Notes under the pieces: model-generated
Told to the model about the DNA's origin: nothing
What the model saw: only the letters and a program-made list of their open reading frames with translations
The model's database searches: none
Part shown: positions 54,027 to 63,825 of the stretch, one piece after another
Numbering within the stretch: position 1 is the stretch's first letter
Layout: the number at the start of each line of letters is the position of its first letter
Translations under genes and position numbers: made by a program
NCBI GenBank assembly: GCA_018062965.1
Contig: JAGORG010000005.1
Coordinates: forward strand, 604-64,603
Length of the DNA stretch: 64,000 nt
Source of the DNA: Minisyncoccota bacterium
GTDB taxonomy: Bacteria > Patescibacteriota > Minisyncoccia > Phycocordibacterales > UBA5272
Reading direction: 5' to 3'

Positions 54027-55196
54027 TTATCGGGTGTCTTTAATAGGAATAATATATGTGATGCCGTAGAGTATCATGAGTGCGAGTAAGAGAAACATCA
54101 ACCCAGGGTAGGAAACAAGAATTGGGCTTACCAAGACCCCCAATGCGGCAATTGATATGGTTGCGAGGCTACGAATATTTCCAAATAAAGCAGTGAGTGA
54201 AACATCTTCGGCGTCTACTTTCTTAAAGAAGTATGTAAATATCATTGTCTCTGTACATGCTGCCCCAATACGAGAGAAGAGGAGTATACCAACCCACACT
54301 AGCACATTACTGCTCTGTGTAACAATAATCGCAAGTAAAGAAAGAACCATAATGAGTAATCCTACAATCAGAATTTCTTTTTCTCCATATCGTCTGTCTG
54401 CTATGCGTCCAAGCTCATATGGCAAGAGAATAAGTGGGATAAGAGCAATAGGCATAATAACCGACAGGTAAACAGCAAGAGGTATTCCAAGAGATGTGAT
54501 ATATATTGGAGAGTAGATAACCATAACCGCATAGAAGCTTTCAAGTAAAAACATAGCAACAAGGGCACCTCGTAGATTTTTATTTCTCCAGGCACGTTTA
54601 GCTGCTTCTAGCATGTCTATTGTATGGTATGCAGGGTCGCGTACATGCTTCATGTATCCATGCAAAAAATAAAGGAATGGGATAAGCGCAAGAGAAGCAA
54701 CAATATAAAGCGCCTCAAAACCTTCTCGTGAGAGGAATGTTCCACCAATAAGAGGTGCTATCAAAATACCAAGGTTAAGTAGTGTCAAAAATATTCCACG
54801 AACTGCACCGGTTTCTGCATGTTTGGTAAATGTTTCGATAAAAATATTTAGGATGATATAAATCATCGCCTGAATACAAAAATGAAGCACGAAAAATAAA
54901 CCAATGAGAAGCGGGTTTTTTGAAAGCGCAAAAAGTAAGGTTACAGCTATTTCTGCAAGCACAAGTCCAACCGTAAAATGATACGTATGATATCGTCTGA
55001 TGTATCGAGTTACACGAAGTGAAACAAGAAGCGTCAAAATACTCCCAGCAACATATAAAGCACTAACAGTTGTGGAGCTAAAATATGTAGCAAGAAATGA
55101 TGAGGTTGCATACAGAGGTATGCCGTAGTGAAGGGCATACAAGAGCGTCATAATAAATGTCGCAAGGAGAAGTTTGTTTCGCGTAATCGCGTGCAT
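54027..55196 (-). CDS. MFS-type transporter (about 12 TM)
   Basis: 389 aa with two 6-TM halves. A TATACT box lies 6 nt before the ATG at 55196. Confidence 0.65.
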   Translation of the reverse strand: MHAITRNKLLLATFIMTLLYALHYGIPLYATSSFLATYFSSTTVSALYVAGSILTLLVSLRVTRYIRRYHTYHFTVGLVLAEIAVTLLFALSKNPLLIGLFFVLHFCIQAMIYIILNIFIETFTKHAETGAVRGIFLTLLNLGILIAPLIGGTFLSREGFEALYIVASLALIPFLYFLHGYMKHVRDPAYHTIDMLEAAKRAWRNKNLRGALVAMFLLESFYAVMVIYSPIYITSLGIPLAVYLSVIMPIALIPLILLPYELGRIADRRYGEKEILIVGLLIMVLSLLAIIVTQSSNVLVWVGILLFSRIGAACTETMIFTYFFKKVDAEDVSLTALFGNIRSLATISIAALGVLVSPILVSYPGLMFLLLALMILYGITYIIPIKDTR

Positions 55197-55243
55197 ATAA
55201 GGATAGTATATAGCAGGAGGCTATTAGTTAGTAGTGGGTAGCA

Positions 55244-55274
55244 ATAAGCCCAAGCCAAAGGCTTGGGCTTATTG
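55244..55274. terminator. Hairpin AATAAGCCCAAGCC-aaa-GGCTTGGGCTTATT downstream of the RNase J gene
   Basis: Perfect 14-bp stem. A U-tract is weak or absent. Confidence 0.5.
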
Positions 55275-55298
55275 TATGTGTATGTAGGTTACTAATGC

Positions 55299-57164
55299 TT
55301 ATACACTAATAATCACCGGGATAATAACTGGACGTTTAGCAGTTTTTTGAAGCAAGAACTTCGTTGTTGATTCTGCAACATCTTGTTTTAGTTGGTCGAG
55401 GTTGTTGTATCCTCCTCGAGCTAGTCCATCCTCGATAATTTTCTTTGTAAGAAGACGTGTCTGGTACAAAAGGTCTTGAGACTCTTTGAGGTATACAAAT
55501 CCTCGTGAAATAAGGTCAGGAGATTTTTTAAGAGCGTGTGTTTGGCTATCAATAACACCGATAACAACAAACATACCATCCTCTGCAAGCATTTGACGAT
55601 CACGCATGACAACATCTTGGATTTTACCAACAGATGTTCCGTCAACCACAATCATGTCTCCAGGAGCTTTTTCTTTGAGTTGTACTATCTTGTTTCCACC
55701 GTCTTGAATTTCAATCACCATACCGTTATCAGGGATGATGATATTTTCTTCTGGCATACCGAGCTTGCGTTCGATATCAGCATGCACACGAAGCATGTAG
55801 TGATAACCGTGTACTGGAATAAAGAATTTTGGATGAATCTTTCGGTGTATCCAAACAATTTCATCATGGTTAGCATGGCCCGATGAGTGTACGTCAGATG
55901 TTTTGTAGTGAATGAGGTGAGCGCCTTGGCGAGAAAGTTTGTCTTTCAAGTTCTGCACTGCTCGTTCATTTCCTGGTACAACAGATGAAGACATGAGAAT
56001 CGTGTCACGAGGGGTGAGACGAATAAACTTATGTGTTTTATTTGCTATGCGTCCAAGAGCAGCAAATTCTTCACCCTGAGCTCCTGTTGCTAAGATGACT
56101 AACTTGTTGTCAGGATAGCGAGTCATATCTTCCAAAGGGATAAGTGTCTCAGGTTTAACCTTGAGCATATTTGCTAGTTTTGCAACTTCTACGTTTGTCT
56201 TCATGCTTCGCCCTTCGACAACTACTTTCTTGCCGTATCGTTCAGCTGTTTCGAGCATGTAGAGCATGCGTTCTACTTGAGATGCAAATGTTGAAACAAT
56301 GAGTCGTCCGGTGGTGTCTGCAATAACATTTTCAATATTTTTGTATACAACACGATCAGAAATAGAAAACCCTGGGTTTTCACAGTTTGTCGAGTCGGTC
56401 ATGAGTAGAAGCGTTGTGCGGTTCTCAAAAAATTTGTAACGCTCAACCTCTTCATCTGTTGGTACACCGTCGTCATGATCAAGGCGCAGGTCTCCTGTGT
56501 GGACGATGTCTCCGTAAGGAGTTTCAATAATAACACCCATAGAATCTGGAATAGCATGAGTTACACCAAAGAATCGAACTTTCAAATCACCAAGAGTTAC
56601 AGCATCTCCTTTTTCAATTACATTAATTGTTAGAGGTGAAAGATGAGGAAATTCTTCCTGACGCTTTTTTATCATAAGAGACGTAAAGAATCGTGCATAT
56701 AGTGGTGGGTTATCTATGCGAGGCATGATATAAGGAATAGCTCCGATGTGGTCGAGGTGTCCGTGTGTGATAAACACACCTTTTATCTTGTGCTTGTGCT
56801 CTTCAAGATAGCGTGTGTTTGGAAGAATGAAATCAATACCAGGGGTTGTTGTTTCTGTGAACTGAACACCACAGTCTACGATAACAATTGTATCTTTGTA
56901 TTCAACCATACTCATGTTACGTCCGATTTCTTCAACGCCACCAAGGTGTATGACACGAATGTCGCCATCTTTGAGTGGTGGAATATGGTCAGTTTCTCGT
57001 TTACCTGTTACGGTCGTGTCAAAACGTGGTCCGTGTGTTGGACGTGCTGGGCGGTTTGAGCGTGACGCTCCTGACCTGCGCGGGCGATCAAATCGTGGCT
57101 TGCGATCTCCTTGCGGTTGAGACGCTGGTACTTGCTGGTTTGTAGGTTGTGATGTTGGGTTCAT
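55299..57164 (-). CDS. rnj: Ribonuclease J
   Basis: Metallo-beta-lactamase motif ITHGHLDHIGA, a beta-CASP region, and the RNase J C-terminal domain. About 70 aa of Arg/Pro/Gln-rich N-terminal extension. Confidence 0.9.
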   Translation of the reverse strand: MNPTSQPTNQQVPASQPQGDRKPRFDRPRRSGASRSNRPARPTHGPRFDTTVTGKRETDHIPPLKDGDIRVIHLGGVEEIGRNMSMVEYKDTIVIVDCGVQFTETTTPGIDFILPNTRYLEEHKHKIKGVFITHGHLDHIGAIPYIMPRIDNPPLYARFFTSLMIKKRQEEFPHLSPLTINVIEKGDAVTLGDLKVRFFGVTHAIPDSMGVIIETPYGDIVHTGDLRLDHDDGVPTDEEVERYKFFENRTTLLLMTDSTNCENPGFSISDRVVYKNIENVIADTTGRLIVSTFASQVERMLYMLETAERYGKKVVVEGRSMKTNVEVAKLANMLKVKPETLIPLEDMTRYPDNKLVILATGAQGEEFAALGRIANKTHKFIRLTPRDTILMSSSVVPGNERAVQNLKDKLSRQGAHLIHYKTSDVHSSGHANHDEIVWIHRKIHPKFFIPVHGYHYMLRVHADIERKLGMPEENIIIPDNGMVIEIQDGGNKIVQLKEKAPGDMIVVDGTSVGKIQDVVMRDRQMLAEDGMFVVIGVIDSQTHALKKSPDLISRGFVYLKESQDLLYQTRLLTKKIIEDGLARGGYNNLDQLKQDVAESTTKFLLQKTAKRPVIIPVIISV

Positions 57165-57194
57165 AGTTGGTTTGTTAGTTGTTGTTTGTAATTC

Positions 57195-58904
57195 CTAGTG
57201 AATACTATTTTGTAATATGGTTAGTAGTGGTTTGTAATACGTGTTCTTCCAAACTCGCTCAGTGTAGCGATACCATTCTGTGCTACGAGTAAATCTTGAA
57301 GATGTATCAAGACTCGTGGCGGGGAGTGGTGTCGTTATCTTGTCGCGAGTTATGTAAATAAGTGAAGGCGCAAATAAAAATATTCCCGGAGTCTCTTCAT
57401 AAAATTCATCCTTCACTGACGTGTAAGCCTCTGCTCGAGCCACAGGATCGATTTCGTTTCGAAGTGTTGTAAGGTCGGTATCTAATGAGTTACTTACGTA
57501 GTTTGAGATATTGAGTCCTGGATAGTTGCGTTGGCTTGAGTGCCAAAATGCATACAAGTCAGTAGGGGAAGATGAGATGGTTCCAAACAAAAGTGCTTGG
57601 TAGTTTCTGTCTCTAATAACAGACTGGTTAAGGTCAGCGTATTCGTATACGGCTAGCTCTGTGGTAACCCCAATTTTTGCCCAGTCAGCTTGTATCATTT
57701 CGGCAACTCGACGCATATCATCACTATTCCCAGTTGCTAGTGTTATAGAAAGCGTGCTTGATGCTTTAGGTGCGTACTTAGTTGTAGCAAGGAGTTTCTC
57801 GGCTTCTTCTGGGTTATAGGCCGGCGCTGGCTGGTCTGTGTCGAAAGGGTAAGGTGTTTCAACCACTTTTCCGTAACCAAGCAGTACTGTATCTACAATG
57901 GCTTGCTTGTCGATTGCCATATTAAGAGCTCGTCTAACTGTTTTATCAGAAAGAAAATCTGCTTTGTTTGGATTGAAGAATACGGTAAACGTTCTTGGTA
58001 GGAGAGATGTTTGAATGCTTGAAGTTGAAACATCAAGAGACATAACTTTTTCTGGTGTAATGCTATGAATACGGTCTATGTCTCCGTCTTTGAAAGCTTG
58101 CAGTGCATAGCGTTCATTTTGGTATGTTGTAATAGATATTTTGTCTATATACGGTCGTCCAAGTGTGTAGCGTTTATATGAAGATAACTCAAACATAACA
58201 GGGATCCCTGCATCAGTTATTACCTTGTCGATCTTAAATGGTCCACTACCTATAGCGTTAATGTTGTAACTACTTAGACTAAATTGTTCATCTGTTAGAT
58301 TTTTCCATACGTGTTTTGGAAGGATGCCTAGGGTGAAGATATTCATCGCAAGCGGGTACGGCTTTCTAAAAGAAATACTAAACTCAGTGTCTGACTTCTT
58401 TTCCAGAGTAACTCCTTCCCACTCAACACGGTGTGGGCTTTTAATATTTGGATTTTGTACAAGTCCGATAGTGTATATAATATCGTCCGCTGTCACTCGT
58501 GTACCGTCATGAAAAGCTGCATCTGGTTTGAGTGTCACATCAAATCGCAACCCATCTTCACTTGAAATAATCGAAGACGCTAGATCAAGAACAATTTCCT
58601 CTCCGTCATTTCGTTTTGTTAGCCCTGCGTATACAAGTGTTGTTAAGTTATTGTCTTGCTCTGTTGTTGCAAGGACAGGGTTAATAAAACGAGGTGTGCC
58701 TATGATACCTTCACGTACTGTTCCACCAAATGTCGGTACGACATCTGTATAACGCATAAGCATAAGGATACAAGCGCTAATAAGTGTGATAGCAGATAAA
58801 GCAAGTAATGTCCAAACCACCAAAACTCGCTCAGGAGAAAGCGTTCTGTAAATAGACTGTAAAGATGTGATATGCGCACGTAGTTTTATGCGAAAAGATT
58901 CCAT
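57195..58904 (-). CDS. Membrane-anchored extracellular solute-binding protein, family 5 (OppA/DppA-like)
   Basis: An N-terminal TM anchor is followed by GGTVREGIIGTPRFINPVLATTEQDNNLTTLVYAGLTKRNDGEEIVLDLASS...AFHDGTRVTADDIIYT, which is SBP_bac_5-like. No permease or ATPase gene is adjacent. Confidence 0.8.
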   Translation of the reverse strand: MESFRIKLRAHITSLQSIYRTLSPERVLVVWTLLALSAITLISACILMLMRYTDVVPTFGGTVREGIIGTPRFINPVLATTEQDNNLTTLVYAGLTKRNDGEEIVLDLASSIISSEDGLRFDVTLKPDAAFHDGTRVTADDIIYTIGLVQNPNIKSPHRVEWEGVTLEKKSDTEFSISFRKPYPLAMNIFTLGILPKHVWKNLTDEQFSLSSYNINAIGSGPFKIDKVITDAGIPVMFELSSYKRYTLGRPYIDKISITTYQNERYALQAFKDGDIDRIHSITPEKVMSLDVSTSSIQTSLLPRTFTVFFNPNKADFLSDKTVRRALNMAIDKQAIVDTVLLGYGKVVETPYPFDTDQPAPAYNPEEAEKLLATTKYAPKASSTLSITLATGNSDDMRRVAEMIQADWAKIGVTTELAVYEYADLNQSVIRDRNYQALLFGTISSSPTDLYAFWHSSQRNYPGLNISNYVSNSLDTDLTTLRNEIDPVARAEAYTSVKDEFYEETPGIFLFAPSLIYITRDKITTPLPATSLDTSSRFTRSTEWYRYTERVWKNTYYKPLLTILQNSIH

Positions 58905-58968
58905 ACAAGATATGGGTCGTATCTATGCATCGTTCGTGATATAACGCGTAACCTAGAGTGTATCAGGG

Positions 58969-59193
58969 TTAGCCGATAAATATGTGGGCAGCAAGAGATG
59001 CAACAAAAGCAATACTTACAAGAATAGTAAGTCTATGAAGGAGTTTTTCACCTCCGCGCTTTTCGAGAACTGCTCCACTTCCTCCGTCAGCACCAAGAGC
59101 TCCTGAAGCGTCTGTGTTTGCGCGCTGGAGAAGAACGAGGGCTATAAGGAGAACGGCTAGCGTTAATTGCACAAAAGATAGCAGATGAACCAT
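58969..59193 (-). CDS. secG: Preprotein translocase subunit SecG
   Basis: 74 aa with two TM helices flanking a Gly-rich loop (LQRANTDASGALGADGGSGAVLEKRGGEKLLHRLT), which is the SecG pattern. TGcTATACT lies 5 nt before the ATG. Confidence 0.75.
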   Translation of the reverse strand: MVHLLSFVQLTLAVLLIALVLLQRANTDASGALGADGGSGAVLEKRGGEKLLHRLTILVSIAFVASLAAHIFIG

Positions 59194-59387
59194 ATACTTA
59201 GTATAGCATAAGCCTTTTGCTAAGGCAAAGTGGTTTTATTGGTTGGAGGTTTGGGTTGGTTTTTGGGCTTGTGTAACTTGCACCTTTTTCAAAAACAAGG
59301 TACACAGATATGTATGGGGGCATTACACAAAAACCCGTGTGCAATGTCTGAATTATTAATCTAAAAACAATAAATAATCCGTACTAT

Positions 59388-59924
59388 ATGAATCTAGAAA
59401 TTAAACGTGTTCCAGATGTTGTGTTCAAAACTCGTGTTCGTGACGAGTCTGTAGAGGGTCCTAATCCATATCGTTGGCAAGACAAGACAACGGCCGATAT
59501 CTTCGGAGGTAAAAACATCGTACTGTTTGCTTTGCCTGGAGCTTTTACTCCTACATGTTCTAGTACGCACGCGCCAGGTTATGAACAGCACTACGAAGAC
59601 TTTAAAGCTCTTGGTGTTGATGAAGTGATTTGTCTTTCTGTAAATGATGCTTTTGTCATGTTCAAGTGGGCAAAAGATCTAGGTGTTGAAAAGGTGTTTA
59701 TGCTTCCTGATGGAAACGCAGAGTTTACTGAAAAGATGGGGATGCTTGTCGACAAATCAAATCTCGGTTTTGGTAAACGTTCATGGAGATACTCTATGCA
59801 CGTTGTCGATGGTGAAATCAAGAAGATATTTTCTGAAGAAGGTTTTTCAGATAACTGCCCAACAGATCCGTTTGAAGTTTCTGATGCAGATACAATGCTC
59901 TCATACTTGAAGGACAACAAGTAA
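59388..59924 (+). CDS. Peroxiredoxin, Prx5-like subfamily
   Basis: FALPGAFTPTCSSTHAPGY contains the peroxidatic Cys motif of Prx5-type peroxiredoxins (PGAFTPTCS). Confidence 0.85.
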   Translation: MNLEIKRVPDVVFKTRVRDESVEGPNPYRWQDKTTADIFGGKNIVLFALPGAFTPTCSSTHAPGYEQHYEDFKALGVDEVICLSVNDAFVMFKWAKDLGVEKVFMLPDGNAEFTEKMGMLVDKSNLGFGKRSWRYSMHVVDGEIKKIFSEEGFSDNCPTDPFEVSDADTMLSYLKDNK

Positions 59925-59957
59925 GCTGTATTAGCTAGTCAGTGAATTATAGAGCTA

Positions 59958-59998
59958 AAGACAGAAAGCGCGCACCGTAGGTGCGCGCTTTCTGTCTG
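59958..59998. terminator. Strong bidirectional terminator (19-bp stem GACAGAAAGCGCGCACC / GGTGCGCGCTTTCTGTC) between prx and dnaE
   Basis: Perfect inverted repeat read directly from the sequence. Confidence 0.8.
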
Positions 59999-60016
59999 AG
60001 TAGATCGGTTACTGAG

Positions 60017-63000
60017 TTATCGTGTTAAAAGTTTAACTTCGTCTATTACGATTGTTTTCTCACCGTTACGAGTTGAAACTTTTCCACGAACAACGATAGG
60101 TATATCCATAACAAGTTTATCTTTGTAACGTTTATATGTTTCAGGAAAAACTGCTACCTCTATAGAGCCGCGGTAGTCACGAAGTGTGACAAGCCCCATC
60201 TTGTCTCCTTTTTTAGTTGTAGTTACTTTAATGTGTTCTATGATGACAGCAAGAGAGACTTCTTTTCCGTCAGGCACTGTATGATGCACTTCGTCTATAT
60301 CAATTCCTCGAGCTAGAATTTTTTCTTTCCATGGGTCAAGGGGGAATCCAGAAACAAAGAGACCAAGAAGTTCTTTCTCCCAACCAAGACGCTCTTCTTG
60401 AGTTGCCGGTGGAGCAGGTTTAAGAGTAAACGGCATTGTAGAACTCATATCAAAAAGACTTCCTTGATTTGCATTGTCCTTCACTGTTTTTTTATGAAAC
60501 TCAAGGATTGCATCCATGTTTGCAAGAATTTGTCCTCGTTCTGCAAACTCATCAAGTGCTCCACAACGAGTGAGGGACTCAATAGATTTTTTATTTAGAT
60601 TTTTGTGATGTATTCGCTGAATAAAGTTTTCAAATGAAGTGTATGGTCCATGAGCTTTTCTTTCAGCAATGATTGCATCTGCAATGTCTTTTCCTAAGTT
60701 TTTTATTGTGTATAGCCCAAAGCGTATCTCTTCTTTTTCTCCACTTGCATCCTTAACGATAGAAAAACCTCCTTCACTTTTGTTCACATCTGGTGGAAGT
60801 ACTGGGATTTGTAAACGCTTACACTCAGAAACAATTTCAGCAATTTTTTCCACATCACCGGACTCGTTACTCATAATAGCTGTCATGTATGCAACAGGGT
60901 AGTTTGCTTTCATGTACGCTGTTTGGTATGCCACTCGCCCATAACTTGCCGCGTGAGCTTTGTTGAATCCATATGCCGCAAACGGTTCGATAAGGCTCCA
61001 AAGTTGGTCGGCCTTTTTTTGTGATAATCCGTGTTCGATGAAACCTTTCAGAAGTTTTTCTTTCTGTGCTTGCATTTCAGCTGGAATTTTTTTACCCATC
61101 GCTTTACGTAACTTGTCAGCTTCAAGCCATGAATATCCAGCAAGGTGAATCGCAATAAGCATCACATCGTCTTGGTATGTGATAACACCAAAAGATTGAT
61201 CAAGAATTGTTTCTAGTCGAGAGTCCAAATAACTAACAAGTGAAGGGTTATGTTTTCGCGCAATGTATTCTGGAATCATTTCAAGTGGTCCTGGACGATA
61301 CAAGGCAACCATCGCGTTGATGTCAAAAATAGTTGAAGGTTTTAGCTCTTTCAAAAACCGTGTCATACCAGAACCGTTTAATTGAAAAAGTCCCATCGTC
61401 TCTCCGCGTGCTAGCATTTCAAATGTCTTTTTATCTTCCAAGGGTACGTTTTCAATATCTACGTCAACGCCGTATCTATCGTGCACAAGAGTGATAGCAT
61501 CTCCGAGTATTGTTAGGTTTCTAATCCCAAGGAAGTCAAATTTAAGAAGACCAGCGTCTTCAATGGTATACATATCGTATTGAGTGATAACCTTGCCTCC
61601 TTTAGGGTCTTTTTGTATTGGTGTAAAGTCCCATAGCGGAGAAGGTGAAATAACTGTACCTGCGGCGTGCACAGAAATATGTCGGGCACACCCTTCAACT
61701 TGTTGAGCCATGTCGAGTATTGTTTGAACTTCACGATCGGTATCGTAGAGTTCTTTTAGTTCAGGCACTTCTGCAAGTGCTCCAGCAATGGTTACAGGGA
61801 ATCCTTGTCGTGGAGGTGGAATCATTTTACTGATACGATCTCCAACAACGTACGGATACTTCATAGCTCGAGCGACGTCTTTAACAGCACCTCGTGCCAT
61901 CATAGTTCCAAATGTTCCTATCTGTGCTACATTGTCTATCCCATATTTTCTACGAGCATAGTCTATTACTTCATCGCGCCGGGTATCAGCATAGTCCATG
62001 TCGATATCTGGAGCTGATGGTCGTTCAGGGTTAAGGAAGCGTTCAAAGGGAAGCTTGTAAACAAAGGGGTCTACGTTGGTAATACGTAATAGGTAGGTGA
62101 CAAGTGACCCCGCAACAGAACCTCGAATATTTGTAAGGATTTTGTTTTCTCGAGCAAAACGCAGCAGGTCATACACAACCAAAAAGTAGGGAGAATACCC
62201 TTTGTCCGCAATCACTTTTAGTTCGTATTCAAGGCGAGTTACAACAGCATCAGTTTTTTCCATTCCACGAACTATTAGTCCGGCGTATGCAAGTTCGCGC
62301 AGGTCTTCGTTGTAGTTTTTCTTGAACTCAATATTTGGAAATACCCAAGCACCAAGGTTGATCGTGAGGTTTACGCGATCTACAAGTTTAGTTGTGTTTT
62401 CTACTGCCTCTGGAATATCCGCAAAGATTTTTTCTGTGGTAGGTATATCTGCGAAATAGAACTCTCCTTTTTGAAATTTATGGTTGTACAAGTCGTTAGA
62501 TCCTTGATCTCCATGCACCATGAAAAGTGTCTTGTGGGCAGACTTGTCTTGAGGTAAAAGATAGTGGCTATTCCAAGTTGCAACAAGAGGTATAGAATAT
62601 TTTTTAGCAAGAGCTATTGTCTTTTCGCGCATCTCTTGCCCTCGCTCCATAAAGGTGTGTGGGCTTACTTCAAGGTAGTAGCGGTCACCAAAAATTGCTA
62701 GGTACTCTTTGAGTCTATCTTCAGCTTTCTGTTCATCGATTGTGAGTAAATTACTTACGTCTCCCCAAGGTCCACCAGAGAGTACGATTAAACCTTCTTG
62801 ATACGTGACTAGTGTTTCAAACCTAAGAATAGGGTGTTCTGGGTCTTCCATGTTAACTATCGAAGTTATTCTCATGAGATTTTTGTACCCAGCTTCATCA
62901 AGAGCGATGAGAACAATCGCAAACTCTCGTTCCTGATATGCCACAGAAAACTCAACACCAATAATTGGTTTTATTTCTGCCTTTTGGCATGCTTGATAAA

Positions 63001-63145
63001 ACTCAATTGTTCCGTACATGTTTGCGTAATCAGTTAAAGCAAGAGCAGGCATCCCAAGTTCTTTTGCTCGTTTTACTAGGGCGGGTACTTTGGGGACAGC
63101 ATTCAAGAGGGAGTAGTGGCTATGCGTACGGAGATGAATAAACAT
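60017..63145 (-). CDS. dnaE: DNA polymerase III alpha subunit (DnaE-type)
   Basis: An N-terminal PHP domain (FIHLRTHSHYSLLNAV), a polymerase core with a PDxD motif region, and a C-terminal OB fold. 1042 aa. TGaTACACT lies 6 nt before the ATG. Confidence 0.95.
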   Translation of the reverse strand: MFIHLRTHSHYSLLNAVPKVPALVKRAKELGMPALALTDYANMYGTIEFYQACQKAEIKPIIGVEFSVAYQEREFAIVLIALDEAGYKNLMRITSIVNMEDPEHPILRFETLVTYQEGLIVLSGGPWGDVSNLLTIDEQKAEDRLKEYLAIFGDRYYLEVSPHTFMERGQEMREKTIALAKKYSIPLVATWNSHYLLPQDKSAHKTLFMVHGDQGSNDLYNHKFQKGEFYFADIPTTEKIFADIPEAVENTTKLVDRVNLTINLGAWVFPNIEFKKNYNEDLRELAYAGLIVRGMEKTDAVVTRLEYELKVIADKGYSPYFLVVYDLLRFARENKILTNIRGSVAGSLVTYLLRITNVDPFVYKLPFERFLNPERPSAPDIDMDYADTRRDEVIDYARRKYGIDNVAQIGTFGTMMARGAVKDVARAMKYPYVVGDRISKMIPPPRQGFPVTIAGALAEVPELKELYDTDREVQTILDMAQQVEGCARHISVHAAGTVISPSPLWDFTPIQKDPKGGKVITQYDMYTIEDAGLLKFDFLGIRNLTILGDAITLVHDRYGVDVDIENVPLEDKKTFEMLARGETMGLFQLNGSGMTRFLKELKPSTIFDINAMVALYRPGPLEMIPEYIARKHNPSLVSYLDSRLETILDQSFGVITYQDDVMLIAIHLAGYSWLEADKLRKAMGKKIPAEMQAQKEKLLKGFIEHGLSQKKADQLWSLIEPFAAYGFNKAHAASYGRVAYQTAYMKANYPVAYMTAIMSNESGDVEKIAEIVSECKRLQIPVLPPDVNKSEGGFSIVKDASGEKEEIRFGLYTIKNLGKDIADAIIAERKAHGPYTSFENFIQRIHHKNLNKKSIESLTRCGALDEFAERGQILANMDAILEFHKKTVKDNANQGSLFDMSSTMPFTLKPAPPATQEERLGWEKELLGLFVSGFPLDPWKEKILARGIDIDEVHHTVPDGKEVSLAVIIEHIKVTTTKKGDKMGLVTLRDYRGSIEVAVFPETYKRYKDKLVMDIPIVVRGKVSTRNGEKTIVIDEVKLLTR

Positions 63146-63183
63146 GGCTGTAGTGTATCAAAGATAGAGGGTATACTCATCTG

Positions 63184-63825
63184 ATGAAAAGTCTCGAAGT
63201 AATTGGTATAGATGAAGTCGGTAGAGGTCCTATTGCTGGCCCTGTAACGGTCTGTGCTTTTTACACAAATAACGAAAAGCTTCTAAAAAAGATTATTTTT
63301 AATAATACTATTAGAGATTCTAAAAAACTTACTAAACAATTAAGAAATAACATTTATTTAACTATTCGTAATTTACGAAAGAATAAAACAAAAGATTTAG
63401 AGATAGAATACAGCATTATTTCCCGCTCTGCAGAATATATTGATCGCCATGGAATAAATAAAGCAATACAGAGTTGTATCGCTACAGCTCTACGTAACCT
63501 ACAAGTAAAGTATAGTCATATTGAAAGGGTTATCTATAAGCTCGATGGAGGTTTAAAGCTTCCTATTCAATATATAAATCAGTCAACATACATACGAGGT
63601 GACGAAAATCATGCATCAATAGCCTTAGCATCCATTATGGCTAAAGTAACCAGGGACAGATATATGGAAAAAATGTCTAAAGAAAACACAGGGTATGATT
63701 GGCAAAACAATGTTGGATATGGTACCAAAAAACATTATGTAGGTATTAGTACATATGGATTATCAAAACTACACAGAGCAAGCTTTATAAGAGTATCAAA
63801 TACTTCGAATAAACAGAAAAATTAA
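63184..63825 (+). CDS. rnhB: Ribonuclease HII
   Basis: IGIDEVGRGPIAGPVTVCA matches RNase HII GIDEAGRGPLAGPVV. An AT-rich, Lys/Asn-rich insertion lies in the middle. A TATACT box lies 6 nt before the ATG. Confidence 0.8.
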   Translation: MKSLEVIGIDEVGRGPIAGPVTVCAFYTNNEKLLKKIIFNNTIRDSKKLTKQLRNNIYLTIRNLRKNKTKDLEIEYSIISRSAEYIDRHGINKAIQSCIATALRNLQVKYSHIERVIYKLDGGLKLPIQYINQSTYIRGDENHASIALASIMAKVTRDRYMEKMSKENTGYDWQNNVGYGTKKHYVGISTYGLSKLHRASFIRVSNTSNKQKN

